From: Promethearchaeota archaeon
Lineage (GTDB): Archaea; Asgardarchaeota; Lokiarchaeia; Sigyniarchaeales; SOKP01
Length of the DNA: 64,000 bases
Assembly: GCA_048938025.1 (NCBI GenBank)
Contig: JBHLMP010000004.1
Coordinates: forward strand, 32,001 to 96,000
Direction: 5' to 3'
Shown here: in pieces, positions 27,539 through 37,197 of the stretch
How the letters are laid out: the number at the start of each line of letters is the position of its first letter
Position numbering within the stretch: the stretch's first letter is position 1
The notes under the pieces: generated by a model
Seen by the model: only the letters and a program-made list of their open reading frames with translations
Databases searched by the model: none
What the model was told of the DNA's origin: nothing
Position numbers and translations under genes: made by a program

Positions 27539-28810
27539 CTAAAGATCTAAGCGTTTTTTCTTCGCAAACAAGTCTTTTAACTCATCCAGAACCCGTAATC
27601 TTGTATTTTCTCTTGCTCCAACTTTAGCTTGATCTGGGTTAGCAATTCCTATTGGTACGCCACTTTGAGCCATTTGAAATGCTCCTGATTCTATAGCTCG
27701 AAGGCGGCTATCAATATCATTTAATTGTTTAGCCAAACTTTCAGAGAGTCGTATAATAACATTCATCGTTTCTTCTAATGTCTTACCAAGACCATCTACC
27801 TTTCTAAGGGTGGGATCAGCTAAAGAATGAGTATCACTCATTATTTTTTTTATGTATTTAGCAAATTGAGGTTCATGGGAAATCATTGAATAGATAGAAG
27901 TTAAATAAATCTCGACCTCAAAAATAAATTCTTTATTTTGTAATAATTCATTTAATTTCTCCTTTAAAAGCTCAGTATTCAATAAAATTTCAGGATCCTT
28001 CTTCAAATCAGGATCAAATTTATGAATAAAAACTAGAATATATGGATTTTCTTCTAAGGTTATTATTAAATCAATAACTTTACCAAAATAGTCTATTGTT
28101 TCATCAAATCTATCTGAATCTTGGACGTCAATAACATAAATTAAAAGATCTATTTGCAGAAAGTATTGTTCTGGATTTTCTAAATATCTTGATCTGTATT
28201 CCTCTTGACCTCCTAAATCCCAGATATATAGAGAAAGCTTTTCACTGCCCACATTCATTCGATAAACTCCTTTTGTTGGTTGTGTCTTGATCAAATCACT
28301 TACGCCTAGACGACCTCCCAGTTTGGATAAGGAGGCAGTCTTTCCAGCATTATCTAGTCCTGCTACTACAATCTTTTGTGCTTGAGTCCCAAAATCTCTT
28401 ATATCAGCTTCAAAATTAGTAATTATGGAACTTATTGTTATTGCTTTTTTCAAATTTCTTTCAAGTGCAGGAAATTTTTCTTTAAGCTCCTCGATTTTTA
28501 CTGACAAATTTTCTTTCATTTCAGATACAGTCGATGGATCCTCTGCGTCTTCAAGAAATTTAATTATACTTTCAAATGGGTTTTCTTTATTTAATTTTGA
28601 AATTTCACTAATCTTAGAAATTTCGAACAATTCCTTTACAATATTTGATTCTTCTTTATTTAAGAATTTAAATGTATGAATTGGTAATTTTAAAATATCA
28701 TCTAAAGTTTTTAGTTTGGTAATCTTAGCATCTTTAGGATCTAAGAATTTAGAAAATACATTTATTACACTAGAAAAATCTGTTTCTGTTTTAGCCATTT
28801 TAGTAATCAA
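27539..28810 (-). CDS. Arf-like small GTPase with N- and C-terminal helical extensions
   Basis: GLDNAGKT, PTKG, WDLGGQ, HKFD, LTSI. Confidence 0.9.
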   Translation of the reverse strand: MITKMAKTETDFSSVINVFSKFLDPKDAKITKLKTLDDILKLPIHTFKFLNKEESNIVKELFEISKISEISKLNKENPFESIIKFLEDAEDPSTVSEMKENLSVKIEELKEKFPALERNLKKAITISSIITNFEADIRDFGTQAQKIVVAGLDNAGKTASLSKLGGRLGVSDLIKTQPTKGVYRMNVGSEKLSLYIWDLGGQEEYRSRYLENPEQYFLQIDLLIYVIDVQDSDRFDETIDYFGKVIDLIITLEENPYILVFIHKFDPDLKKDPEILLNTELLKEKLNELLQNKEFIFEVEIYLTSIYSMISHEPQFAKYIKKIMSDTHSLADPTLRKVDGLGKTLEETMNVIIRLSESLAKQLNDIDSRLRAIESGAFQMAQSGVPIGIANPDQAKVGARENTRLRVLDELKDLFAKKKRLDL

Positions 28811-29008
28811 TCTTTCTTTTTAATTATATTATGTTAAAATAATTTTTATTATTATTTATTAAACTTTTAAGATACTAGTTAAAAAGATAAAGATTTAAAT
28901 TTTCACACCCGTTTTTAATCTAGATCAAAATTTAAATATTTAGTTTATTTTAAATATAATACGAAAAAGTAATAATCCCAATAAAATCCTTTAATAATTT
29001 AAACTATT

Positions 29009-29926
29009 ATGCCATCTCATTTTGAAGATGATGAATTCTTTGAGGATAAAGATCAAGAATCATGTTGTGATTCACCAAAGATCTCTCAAGAGGATGGTTT
29101 CTATGTTTGTTTAAATTGTGGCTCTGTATACAGTAGAATTCTCGATGATAGCCCTCGAAGAGCTTTTACTCAAGAAGAGATCCAAAAAAGAAAAAGTAAT
29201 GAAAGAGTCTACAGCCCAATTGGCCCCAGAACAATTATAAGAGGTAGTAGAGACGCTCGAGGAACATTATTAAGTCCAAAATATAAATCCAAATTTAATA
29301 GACTAGCTAAAATTCATAGATCGCTGACTACAAGTTATGAGAGAAACTTATGGATTGCGTTACCAAACCTACAACGCTTACAAAAAAGACTAGGAATTCC
29401 TGATACTGTTGCAGAAGATGCCCTTAGAATCTATACTCAAACTGTAAAAAAGAAATTGACTATGGGGAGAAGTATTGATACTTTACTTTCGGCTTCAATA
29501 TTCGCTGCTTTAAGAGTCCATGGTATTCCAAGAACAGTTGAAGAAATAACAAAAGTAGCACAGATACCAAAAAAGAAGGTTATTAAAAGTTATAGATTAA
29601 TACTCATGGAAGTACTTCCCAAATTAAATTTAAAAGTTCAACACTTTTCACCAATTCGTTATGTTGATAAATTTAATGATGAATTAAAACTTTCTATGCA
29701 ATGTAGAAATATAGCTGTTAAAATAATTGAAAAAGCTAAAGAATGTGGATTTAACTCAGCAGGAAAAGACCCTAAAGGAATTGCGGCAGCAGCAATATAT
29801 ATTGGTTCAAAAATCTGCGATGAAAATCGAACTCAGAAGGAAATTAGCAAGTTAGCGCGCGTTACTGAAGTTACTTTAAGAATGAGAGTAAAAGATTTGC
29901 AAAAATATGCTAGCATTGTTGAATAA
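29009..29926 (+). CDS. tfb: Transcription initiation factor IIB
   Basis: Zinc ribbon CCD...CLNCG, ERNL, GRS, PRT, GKDPKGIAAAAIY, TQKEI...VTEVTLR. Confidence 0.95.
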   Translation: MPSHFEDDEFFEDKDQESCCDSPKISQEDGFYVCLNCGSVYSRILDDSPRRAFTQEEIQKRKSNERVYSPIGPRTIIRGSRDARGTLLSPKYKSKFNRLAKIHRSLTTSYERNLWIALPNLQRLQKRLGIPDTVAEDALRIYTQTVKKKLTMGRSIDTLLSASIFAALRVHGIPRTVEEITKVAQIPKKKVIKSYRLILMEVLPKLNLKVQHFSPIRYVDKFNDELKLSMQCRNIAVKIIEKAKECGFNSAGKDPKGIAAAAIYIGSKICDENRTQKEISKLARVTEVTLRMRVKDLQKYASIVE

Positions 29927-29927
29927 T

Positions 29928-32900
29928 CTAAGATTCAGTTTTAAGTGATATTAATTCTTTCTCTTCTTCAAATAGTGGTAAAATCTCTAGCATCTCATTA
30001 ATTTTTGGCAAAAATCTTTCCATTTTATATAATTTAACATCAAGTAAAAACAAGATTAACAAGATATAAAAAGTATCTTCAACTAACTTTCTATTTATTC
30101 CTAAACTATTTAAGAAATTATTCACGTTATCTCTAATGAGTTGTATAGATTCTCCTGCTTTTAATAAAGATAAACCATGGAGAAGTATTAATAGCGAACT
30201 AGTGTTATAATCTTGTCTTTTAGAAATTGTAATAGCTAAATCAAAATATGTTTTACCCGCTTTTTTGAATTCTTTTATTTCTAATAAACTTAATACGTCA
30301 AGATAATATCGTTTTCTCATAGCTTTTCGTTTAATATAAAAATCACTTTTTTCTCTTCGGATATCTACTGTTTTAGATTTTATTTTGGCAAATCTTTGAT
30401 CTATTTCTATTTTAAATTTTTCTTCTACTTGTTCAATAGATTTTTCACGTATAACTTCTTTTTTGTAATCCTTACCTAAATAATCATAAAGATATTCCAA
30501 TTCCTCTTCGAATAGTGGTAAATTCTCTATATAGGAGATTGCCTCTTTAAGTTTAGGTTCATCCTTAAGTTTCTCTAATTCTATTATGTATTCTATTAAT
30601 TTTATTGGAAAGCTTTCAGAAATAAGTTTCCATAAATTAGATAACTCTTTTTTAGTTTCATTTAATAATTTAGTAATTTCTTGAGTTTTATTTTGTTTCA
30701 TCAGTATTAGACTAGCTAGAACTAAAGATACTCCAGCTAAATTATACTTTTTACGTTTATTAAATGTGACAATGTTATTTCTATAAATTTCTAAGGCTTT
30801 ATCGATTTCTTGATTCTTTATAAAATTTAAAGCTTCTTCAAAATATACTCTTTTTAATCCTTTCCTCTCTCTAAATTCTTTTTCTCTGTCCATTAGGGCT
30901 CCTTGTGCTTTACTTTTAATAATTGATAATCTTTCCTTTAATATTTCTGCCTTCTTTTTTTCTTCTGCTTTTTTAGATTCAAAACCACTTTTTTCTGCTT
31001 CAAGGTTAGCAATTCTTTTATGAATTTCCGCTTTATATATCTTATCTTCAATTTTATCATTATATATATTAGCTTGATGTAGATCATCTAAAACAATATA
31101 AATTTCAGCAATCTTTTTATATACGTCATCCAAATTAATTTTTAATCGCTCTTCCTTTTCTAAATAAGCCGATGCAATATTCCGTATTTTTTTATCTAAT
31201 TCTATTGCTTGATTAATCCCAGATAAGTTTTCTTCACGCTCTACAACGTTCAAAGCTTCTTTTTTAATAATTTTTATAAAAAGAAGGCTTATTTGTTTTG
31301 ATTCATCATAAAGCATTTGATTTCTGAAAATTCTATTTGAATTCTCAAAAATACTTTCATTTCTTTTATAAGTCTCTTGTTTCTTAATTTCTTTCAATTT
31401 TAGGATATATAATGGATATACTCCTGTTAAATACTTTTTTTTCATATCTTCCGTAAGATGTTCATATAAGACAAAAAAATCTTCAAAAATTTTTGCACGT
31501 AATAATATATCTAGAGATTTTGTTAAGATTTGATCACCAATATCTTCTTTACCAATCATTTTAAGATAATTAGCTTGATTTTTAAGAATATTTGCCGCAT
31601 TTAAATGTTCATTTAGCTCTATTAATTTATTAGCTTCTTTGATTTTCTGAGAATTCATGTCCACAATAATATTTAATTCAGCTTCTATAAATTCACCTAG
31701 TAAATCTACTCCTTTTTTAAGATTTTCCTCTATTTCCTTTTTCTTTGATACTTTATACTCATCTTCTGCTATTGAACTTAATTTTGTTAAGTTTTTCTTT
31801 AATTTTAAAGAACTTAATTTACTAATTAAAATTGTAGAAATACCAAAATTATATTCTTTAAGAAATAAGGTTATCAATTTTTCCAATATTGAATCTAGAT
31901 TTTTCTTTTCTACATTATATGATTCATATAAGTTTTCAATTTCATCATAAGTTTGTTTTGCAGCATAAATCTCATTTTGATTAACCTGTTGTTTTAAGAG
32001 TCTTATTAATATATCACTTAATTTCTCTGTTAATTTTTCTATTTCTTCAGATAATCCCTCGCGTTGGTATTTATCTATAGCTCGATATAACTGTTCTCTT
32101 GCCGATTCAAAATCATTTACATTTACTAAGAAATCTCCTTCATCTCTAATTTTTTTTGAGATCTCCTTCAGGATAGTTAACATTTCTTTATGGGATAAAC
32201 TTTCAAGAATTCTAAATGCATTTTCAACCCTACAAGCGGAAATCCAAGAATTAATAGATAATCTAAAAGCCTCATGAATTATTTTATCATCTTGTAATTC
32301 AATGCTGGACCATTGTGCCGCTTTTTCATATATTTTCGCTGCTTCTTCATATTTTCCCTTATTAAATAACCGATTACCATCAGTAATCATTGCTTCAGCA
32401 TATAGCTTTTTATAATTTATTGATTTCCTTCTGTCAACTTTTTCTAAGATTTTACTTGCTTCTAAATATAAGTTGAGTTTTGAATAAAGATAAGCTGCTT
32501 GCTCACTAAGGATAAAATAATCTTCTTTATTATAAATATCAGCGATAAGAGCTGCTTTTTTTACAGCTTGAGCAGCATAATAATAATTTTTGTTATCATA
32601 ATAAATATTTGCCATTTGGATAAATATTGGAAATCTCATCCATGCATTTTCAATATTTAATGGAGAATCACCATTAATCATAGCTAAACATAGAGCTTGA
32701 AGTGCTTGATGAAAATTTTTAGGTTTTAAATTTACGAAAGCTTCTAAACTGAGATAATTGACCCAAATTGTTTCCAATAACTCATTTACAGACATTGGGA
32801 GAATGCCATTTTGATCATAAAAAATTATAACTGTTGGTATATCTCTTTTAACTGAAAAAATTTCGGGAAGAAGCATTTTAAATAATTCAAATTCTCCTAT

Positions 32901-33143
32901 TTCTAAAGGATTTAAAAAATAAATAATTCCATCAGCAGTAGGAAGTAGCTCATCAAAATCAGCTGTAATATTTGTAATTACATCAACTTCTAAATCGCAA
33001 TAATCTTCTAAAACCTTTATTTCCCTGTACCATTCATTATAAGATTCTTTTTCTTCTCCAATTTCATTAAAAGCTTCAGAAATATAAAGGTTAGAGATTT
33101 CTGGATTGCCTGAAAAGATCAAGATTTTGAAGATATATCGCAT
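29928..33143 (-). CDS. Large TPR/alpha-solenoid protein with degenerate GTPase-like N-terminus
   Basis: FKILIFSG...ADGIIYFLN...DIPTVIIF; TPR-like GNRLFNKGKYEEAAKIYEKA; duplicated C-terminal module ending LPLFEEE. Confidence 0.65.
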   Translation of the reverse strand: MRYIFKILIFSGNPEISNLYISEAFNEIGEEKESYNEWYREIKVLEDYCDLEVDVITNITADFDELLPTADGIIYFLNPLEIGEFELFKMLLPEIFSVKRDIPTVIIFYDQNGILPMSVNELLETIWVNYLSLEAFVNLKPKNFHQALQALCLAMINGDSPLNIENAWMRFPIFIQMANIYYDNKNYYYAAQAVKKAALIADIYNKEDYFILSEQAAYLYSKLNLYLEASKILEKVDRRKSINYKKLYAEAMITDGNRLFNKGKYEEAAKIYEKAAQWSSIELQDDKIIHEAFRLSINSWISACRVENAFRILESLSHKEMLTILKEISKKIRDEGDFLVNVNDFESAREQLYRAIDKYQREGLSEEIEKLTEKLSDILIRLLKQQVNQNEIYAAKQTYDEIENLYESYNVEKKNLDSILEKLITLFLKEYNFGISTILISKLSSLKLKKNLTKLSSIAEDEYKVSKKKEIEENLKKGVDLLGEFIEAELNIIVDMNSQKIKEANKLIELNEHLNAANILKNQANYLKMIGKEDIGDQILTKSLDILLRAKIFEDFFVLYEHLTEDMKKKYLTGVYPLYILKLKEIKKQETYKRNESIFENSNRIFRNQMLYDESKQISLLFIKIIKKEALNVVEREENLSGINQAIELDKKIRNIASAYLEKEERLKINLDDVYKKIAEIYIVLDDLHQANIYNDKIEDKIYKAEIHKRIANLEAEKSGFESKKAEEKKKAEILKERLSIIKSKAQGALMDREKEFRERKGLKRVYFEEALNFIKNQEIDKALEIYRNNIVTFNKRKKYNLAGVSLVLASLILMKQNKTQEITKLLNETKKELSNLWKLISESFPIKLIEYIIELEKLKDEPKLKEAISYIENLPLFEEELEYLYDYLGKDYKKEVIREKSIEQVEEKFKIEIDQRFAKIKSKTVDIRREKSDFYIKRKAMRKRYYLDVLSLLEIKEFKKAGKTYFDLAITISKRQDYNTSSLLILLHGLSLLKAGESIQLIRDNVNNFLNSLGINRKLVEDTFYILLILFLLDVKLYKMERFLPKINEMLEILPLFEEEKELISLKTES

Positions 33144-33368
33144 TTTTTTAAATAGTTATCAATTTTTTTTTAATACTTATTGTATAAATAATTATGATTC
33201 TTTTTTATTTTTATTTTATAACACAGATGGATATTGATTACAATTCACTCATAAAATTAAGAATATAAAACTTATGATAAAATTTATTATTAGAAGGTTT
33301 CTTTTAAATATAATTATTTAAATTCAAGGATTTATAAAATTTTTTAAGGACAAACTGGAGATTCAACA

Positions 33369-34031
33369 TTGGATTACATTGAAAGGAATTATCATATTAT
33401 TGAACAAAGAATGATTGAGCAAATGGAACATTCTATAGAATTAGGAAGACAGTTAATTGAGACAGAATTGGATACAGGGCTATTAAACTTTATCATAAAA
33501 CCTATAGTAAAGACTTTTTATGATTTTTGGGCTAAAAATGATGCAAGGTCTGGAACTTTAAGGCAAATTAAAGTTACTTTAGACTCCGGCAAAAATTTAT
33601 TACTTGTTAGTAATTTAGAACAAAATTTTGATAAAATTGTTGAAGAATGCTTTCCAAAATATTTTGAAGCCGATCAAACCTCACGTCAATGTAATAAGCG
33701 GCATAAAAATTATGAAAGATTAAAACAAGTCTCAAAACAGACTTTTACAAATTATTTGAAAGAAGTAATAGCACTATTAAAGGTTGAGGATAATATTGAT
33801 AATTATGGTGATTTGTGTAGAACCGTATTTAAATCGAAAGAAGAAGCTGAAAAAAATCTCATGAAACAACTAGAATATACAGATAAAGGTATTAAAATAA
33901 TAGAGGAGGATCATTCTTTACTGAATTTACCACTAGGGAGAAGGATTATTGTTAGTGCTTTAAGGAAGGGATTTGAGCAAACAAAAAAAGAATTTATTAA
34001 AGCACTTGATGATACATATAATCAAAAATAA
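33369..34031 (+). CDS. Conserved hypothetical protein, paralog 1 (TTG start)
   Basis: Full-length similarity to 34137-34793; ggag upstream of start. Confidence 0.8.
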   Translation: MDYIERNYHIIEQRMIEQMEHSIELGRQLIETELDTGLLNFIIKPIVKTFYDFWAKNDARSGTLRQIKVTLDSGKNLLLVSNLEQNFDKIVEECFPKYFEADQTSRQCNKRHKNYERLKQVSKQTFTNYLKEVIALLKVEDNIDNYGDLCRTVFKSKEEAEKNLMKQLEYTDKGIKIIEEDHSLLNLPLGRRIIVSALRKGFEQTKKEFIKALDDTYNQK

Positions 34032-34136
34032 TTAAATTATTAACTTTTTAGATAATTTAGAATAATATACAACCTATTTTTCTTAAAATAATAAAAAAAT
34101 AATTTTTACTTGATCAGTTCTGCTGGAGAATAAACC

Positions 34137-34793
34137 ATGGATTATTTGGAAAGAAACTATAAAATTTTAGAACAACGAATGATTGATCAAATGGAAATTT
34201 CACTCAATTATGGAAAATCCCTTATTGATTCTGAATTGAATGTTGGTGCTTTGAATTTTATAGTAAAACCTGTTGTAAAATCATTTTACAAATATTGGAG
34301 TGATAAAGACGCACGTATCGGTACATTAGAACAGATTAGAGTTACACTTGATTCTGCACTAAGAATAGTGAAAGATGGTGCTTCTAACGAACTATTTGAT
34401 AAAGTACTAAGTAAATATTTTCCAATCTACTTGGAAAATGACCAAACAGACCGTCAATGTAAAAAAGATCATAAAAATTATCCGAAATTGAAGGATGTTA
34501 CGAAAAAATGCTTTATTGCCCAAGTTGAAGAAAGTATTTTGTTTTTAAAGGTTAAAGAAGAAATAGGTAATTATGATGAATTATCTAGAGCAGCATTTAA
34601 AACAAAAGAAAAAGCATATCAAGCTTTAAAGCGTCAGTTGGATTTCAATGATGTTGGCATCTCAATTGTAGAAGAAGATGATACAATTTTAAAAGTTCCT
34701 ATGGGCAAAAATATAATTTTAAAAGTACTTCGAAAGGGATTTGAGTTAACAAAAAAACAATTAATAGAAGAACTTGATACTATTTTTAATTAG
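34137..34793 (+). CDS. Conserved hypothetical protein, paralog 2
   Basis: MDYxERNYxIxEQRMI, LNFIxKPxVK, DQTxRQC, LRKGFE shared with paralog 1. Confidence 0.8.
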   Translation: MDYLERNYKILEQRMIDQMEISLNYGKSLIDSELNVGALNFIVKPVVKSFYKYWSDKDARIGTLEQIRVTLDSALRIVKDGASNELFDKVLSKYFPIYLENDQTDRQCKKDHKNYPKLKDVTKKCFIAQVEESILFLKVKEEIGNYDELSRAAFKTKEKAYQALKRQLDFNDVGISIVEEDDTILKVPMGKNIILKVLRKGFELTKKQLIEELDTIFN

Positions 34794-34824
34794 AACAAGG
34801 AAAAAGTAAACATTTGATATTATT

Positions 34825-35886
34825 TTGACAGAAGAAGCTAATGGAAATGAAGAAAAAAGTCTGTTAAGAACTGTTTTCTTAAATCTCTTAATTAATATTT
34901 TCATTATTATGACCTATGTATATATTTCAGAACCTTTTGGATCAATCTCAACCAGTTTTATTAAAAGCCAAGATTTTGAAATAGAATTTGGAGTGATACT
35001 GCTTATTTTTACATTTTTATCTTTTCTAGCAGGATCTTATCATGGATTTATAGCTGGTTTTTTAGGTGAATTACTATATCAACTAGCTTTTTATCATGAA
35101 TTATATCTTGAGTGGTGTCTGATTGTTGCTATTTTAGGTTTTTTATGTGGCATATACAAGTATAAACCTTTAAAATATCAAGAAGGAATGAAAACTTATT
35201 ATACATTTATTATACTAATTGCCATTTCGTTTTTGATAACTGGCATTATCATTTTGTTTTATTACATATTACATCATAGTGAATTTAGTAATGAAACTAT
35301 AATTTTAAATTTTGGTTTCAAATTTTTTATCCAAGCTCTTCTTTCAATTATATTTATAGTTCCTCTGCTTCTCGCATTATATGATAGAGTTTTAGCCAAA
35401 GAAGAAAAATTTATCTATAATATGTTTCTAACTCACCATCCTGTTTCAGCAAGCGACCATACTTTTTATTTTAAATTTGGGAGAACCAGAATTTATCTAT
35501 GTTCAAGGTGTTCTGGAGTAATTTTAGGTGGGATTATTGCACTATTTTCAACTTATTTAATAGAAAATATATTTAATTCTGGATTTAGTCCTGAATTAGC
35601 AGTATTTCTTTGTGTTGTGTTACCAATTCCCGGTATTATTGATTGGGGAACCCAAAGGTTGCTATTAAGGAAAAGTACAACTGCTTCAAGATTATTTACA
35701 GGATTTATTATTGGAAATGCCTTACATTTTATGTCATTTACAGATAAATATTATTTCTTCATTTTATTCCTTGTTATGTTTTATTTCGCTGTTTTTTTTC
35801 TAATATCATATCTCGGTCATAAAAAAGAATTGAAATTATTAAAAGCTGAAGTAGAAGGATTTTCTTCTGAAGAGAAAGGTTATTAA
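34825..35886 (+). CDS. Membrane protein: ECF S-component-like N-terminus + DUF2085-like C-terminus
   Basis: GFIAGFLGELL; HHP...HT...CSRCSG, IDWGTQ, RLFTG. Confidence 0.65.
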   Translation: MTEEANGNEEKSLLRTVFLNLLINIFIIMTYVYISEPFGSISTSFIKSQDFEIEFGVILLIFTFLSFLAGSYHGFIAGFLGELLYQLAFYHELYLEWCLIVAILGFLCGIYKYKPLKYQEGMKTYYTFIILIAISFLITGIIILFYYILHHSEFSNETIILNFGFKFFIQALLSIIFIVPLLLALYDRVLAKEEKFIYNMFLTHHPVSASDHTFYFKFGRTRIYLCSRCSGVILGGIIALFSTYLIENIFNSGFSPELAVFLCVVLPIPGIIDWGTQRLLLRKSTTASRLFTGFIIGNALHFMSFTDKYYFFILFLVMFYFAVFFLISYLGHKKELKLLKAEVEGFSSEEKGY

Positions 35887-35929
35887 TGCTATAATTTACA
35901 AAGAAATACAAAATAATTAGATTCGAAAA

Positions 35930-36460
35930 ATGAAGGTTAAAGAACCAGAAAATGTAATATTTATTCATGGACTCGAAAGTTCTGGTCATGGGTTTAAAGC
36001 TCAATTTTTAAAAAAGCAAATACCTGGGATAATAACACCTAGTTTCAAACAATTCATCCCAGGTATTTCATATAAAATTTTGTTGAAAAAGAGGATGAGC
36101 CAGTTAAATGAAATATTAGAAAGAAAGAATTTATGGATAATTATTGGATCAAGCTTTGGAGGATTAATGGCAGTACTTTATACATGTCAATACCCTTTCA
36201 AAATCAAACATCTGATTCTTCTTGCCCCTTATTTAGCTACCCCTGAACTAGATCCTGAAAATTTTTCAAATTTACCTCTTAACATTCCTATAATTATTTA
36301 TCACGCCAGACAAGATAAAGTCGTTTCAATGAAAAAGTCTCGAGCAAGAGCAGAACAACTTTTCTCAAATATTACTTATCATATAATTGAAGATGATAAT
36401 CATAAACTCCAATCCACTGTACAAAGAATAAATTGGAAAGAATTGATTCAACACATTTAA
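35930..36460 (+). CDS. Alpha/beta hydrolase (YqiA-like)
   Basis: FIHGLES, GSSFGG, LLAP, D and H at expected positions. Confidence 0.85.
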   Translation: MKVKEPENVIFIHGLESSGHGFKAQFLKKQIPGIITPSFKQFIPGISYKILLKKRMSQLNEILERKNLWIIIGSSFGGLMAVLYTCQYPFKIKHLILLAPYLATPELDPENFSNLPLNIPIIIYHARQDKVVSMKKSRARAEQLFSNITYHIIEDDNHKLQSTVQRINWKELIQHI

Positions 36461-36597
36461 CTTAGAAAATTGAAATTTGGAATTTATTATCTATTTCTCT
36501 TTTTGCAATAATTTTTAAAAACTGGACTCCATTTTTTTTAAAATTATTCATTAACATCATTTTATTAACATTTAAAAATCTAAAAAGTGTAATAAAG

Positions 36598-37128
36598 ATG
36601 GATTGGAGTAATATTGCTGATAAAATTTTTTTATGGTATAATGAGTTTATAGAATGGTATTTAGTACAGCCAATTTATGGTCAGATATTAGTAATTATTG
36701 GAATTTTGGCACTTTTAGCATTAATAATTACTCTTGTTTATTATCTAATAAAAGGTATTAGTTATTTAATATACTATGCTCTTAAGGGGGTCTATTATCT
36801 TCTTAAGGGTGTTGGCTTTGGTTTTTATAAATTATGTGAAGGTTTTTATTATTTAATATCGGGTAAACCAAAGCCTAAAACGCAAAAACAGGACGTAAGT
36901 ACCCTAAATAAGAAATCTTATGAAAAATCTGAAGATTCGAACAAATTAATGGAAAATCACCCTAATATTATGTACTGCAATATCATATATTGCAATGAGT
37001 GCGGAAATAAATTTTCCGAAAAGATGCATAATAATTTAAAAACTAACGGAATTACTTTCTGTGTACATTGTGGAAAAAGATTTGAATTAAATGTAACTCC
37101 AAAAAATTCAATTTCTATTTATCCTTAG
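36598..37128 (+). CDS. Membrane protein with C-terminal zinc ribbon
   Basis: Hydrophobic N-terminal half; CNECG...CVHCG. Confidence 0.7.
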   Translation: MDWSNIADKIFLWYNEFIEWYLVQPIYGQILVIIGILALLALIITLVYYLIKGISYLIYYALKGVYYLLKGVGFGFYKLCEGFYYLISGKPKPKTQKQDVSTLNKKSYEKSEDSNKLMENHPNIMYCNIIYCNECGNKFSEKMHNNLKTNGITFCVHCGKRFELNVTPKNSISIYP

Positions 37129-37197
37129 TCGTATTAAAATCAAAAAAAATTAAAAGAAGCAAATAAAAACAATATTATATAGGTGTAGTTAAATAAT

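Noticed and set aside
36964-36994. 15-nt tandem duplication (NIMYC/NIIYC) with an 8-bp hairpin as a second mini-intron
   Set aside because: No stop codon, and BHB arithmetic from this stem gives even lengths (26 nt at most), not 15; a simple duplication suffices.
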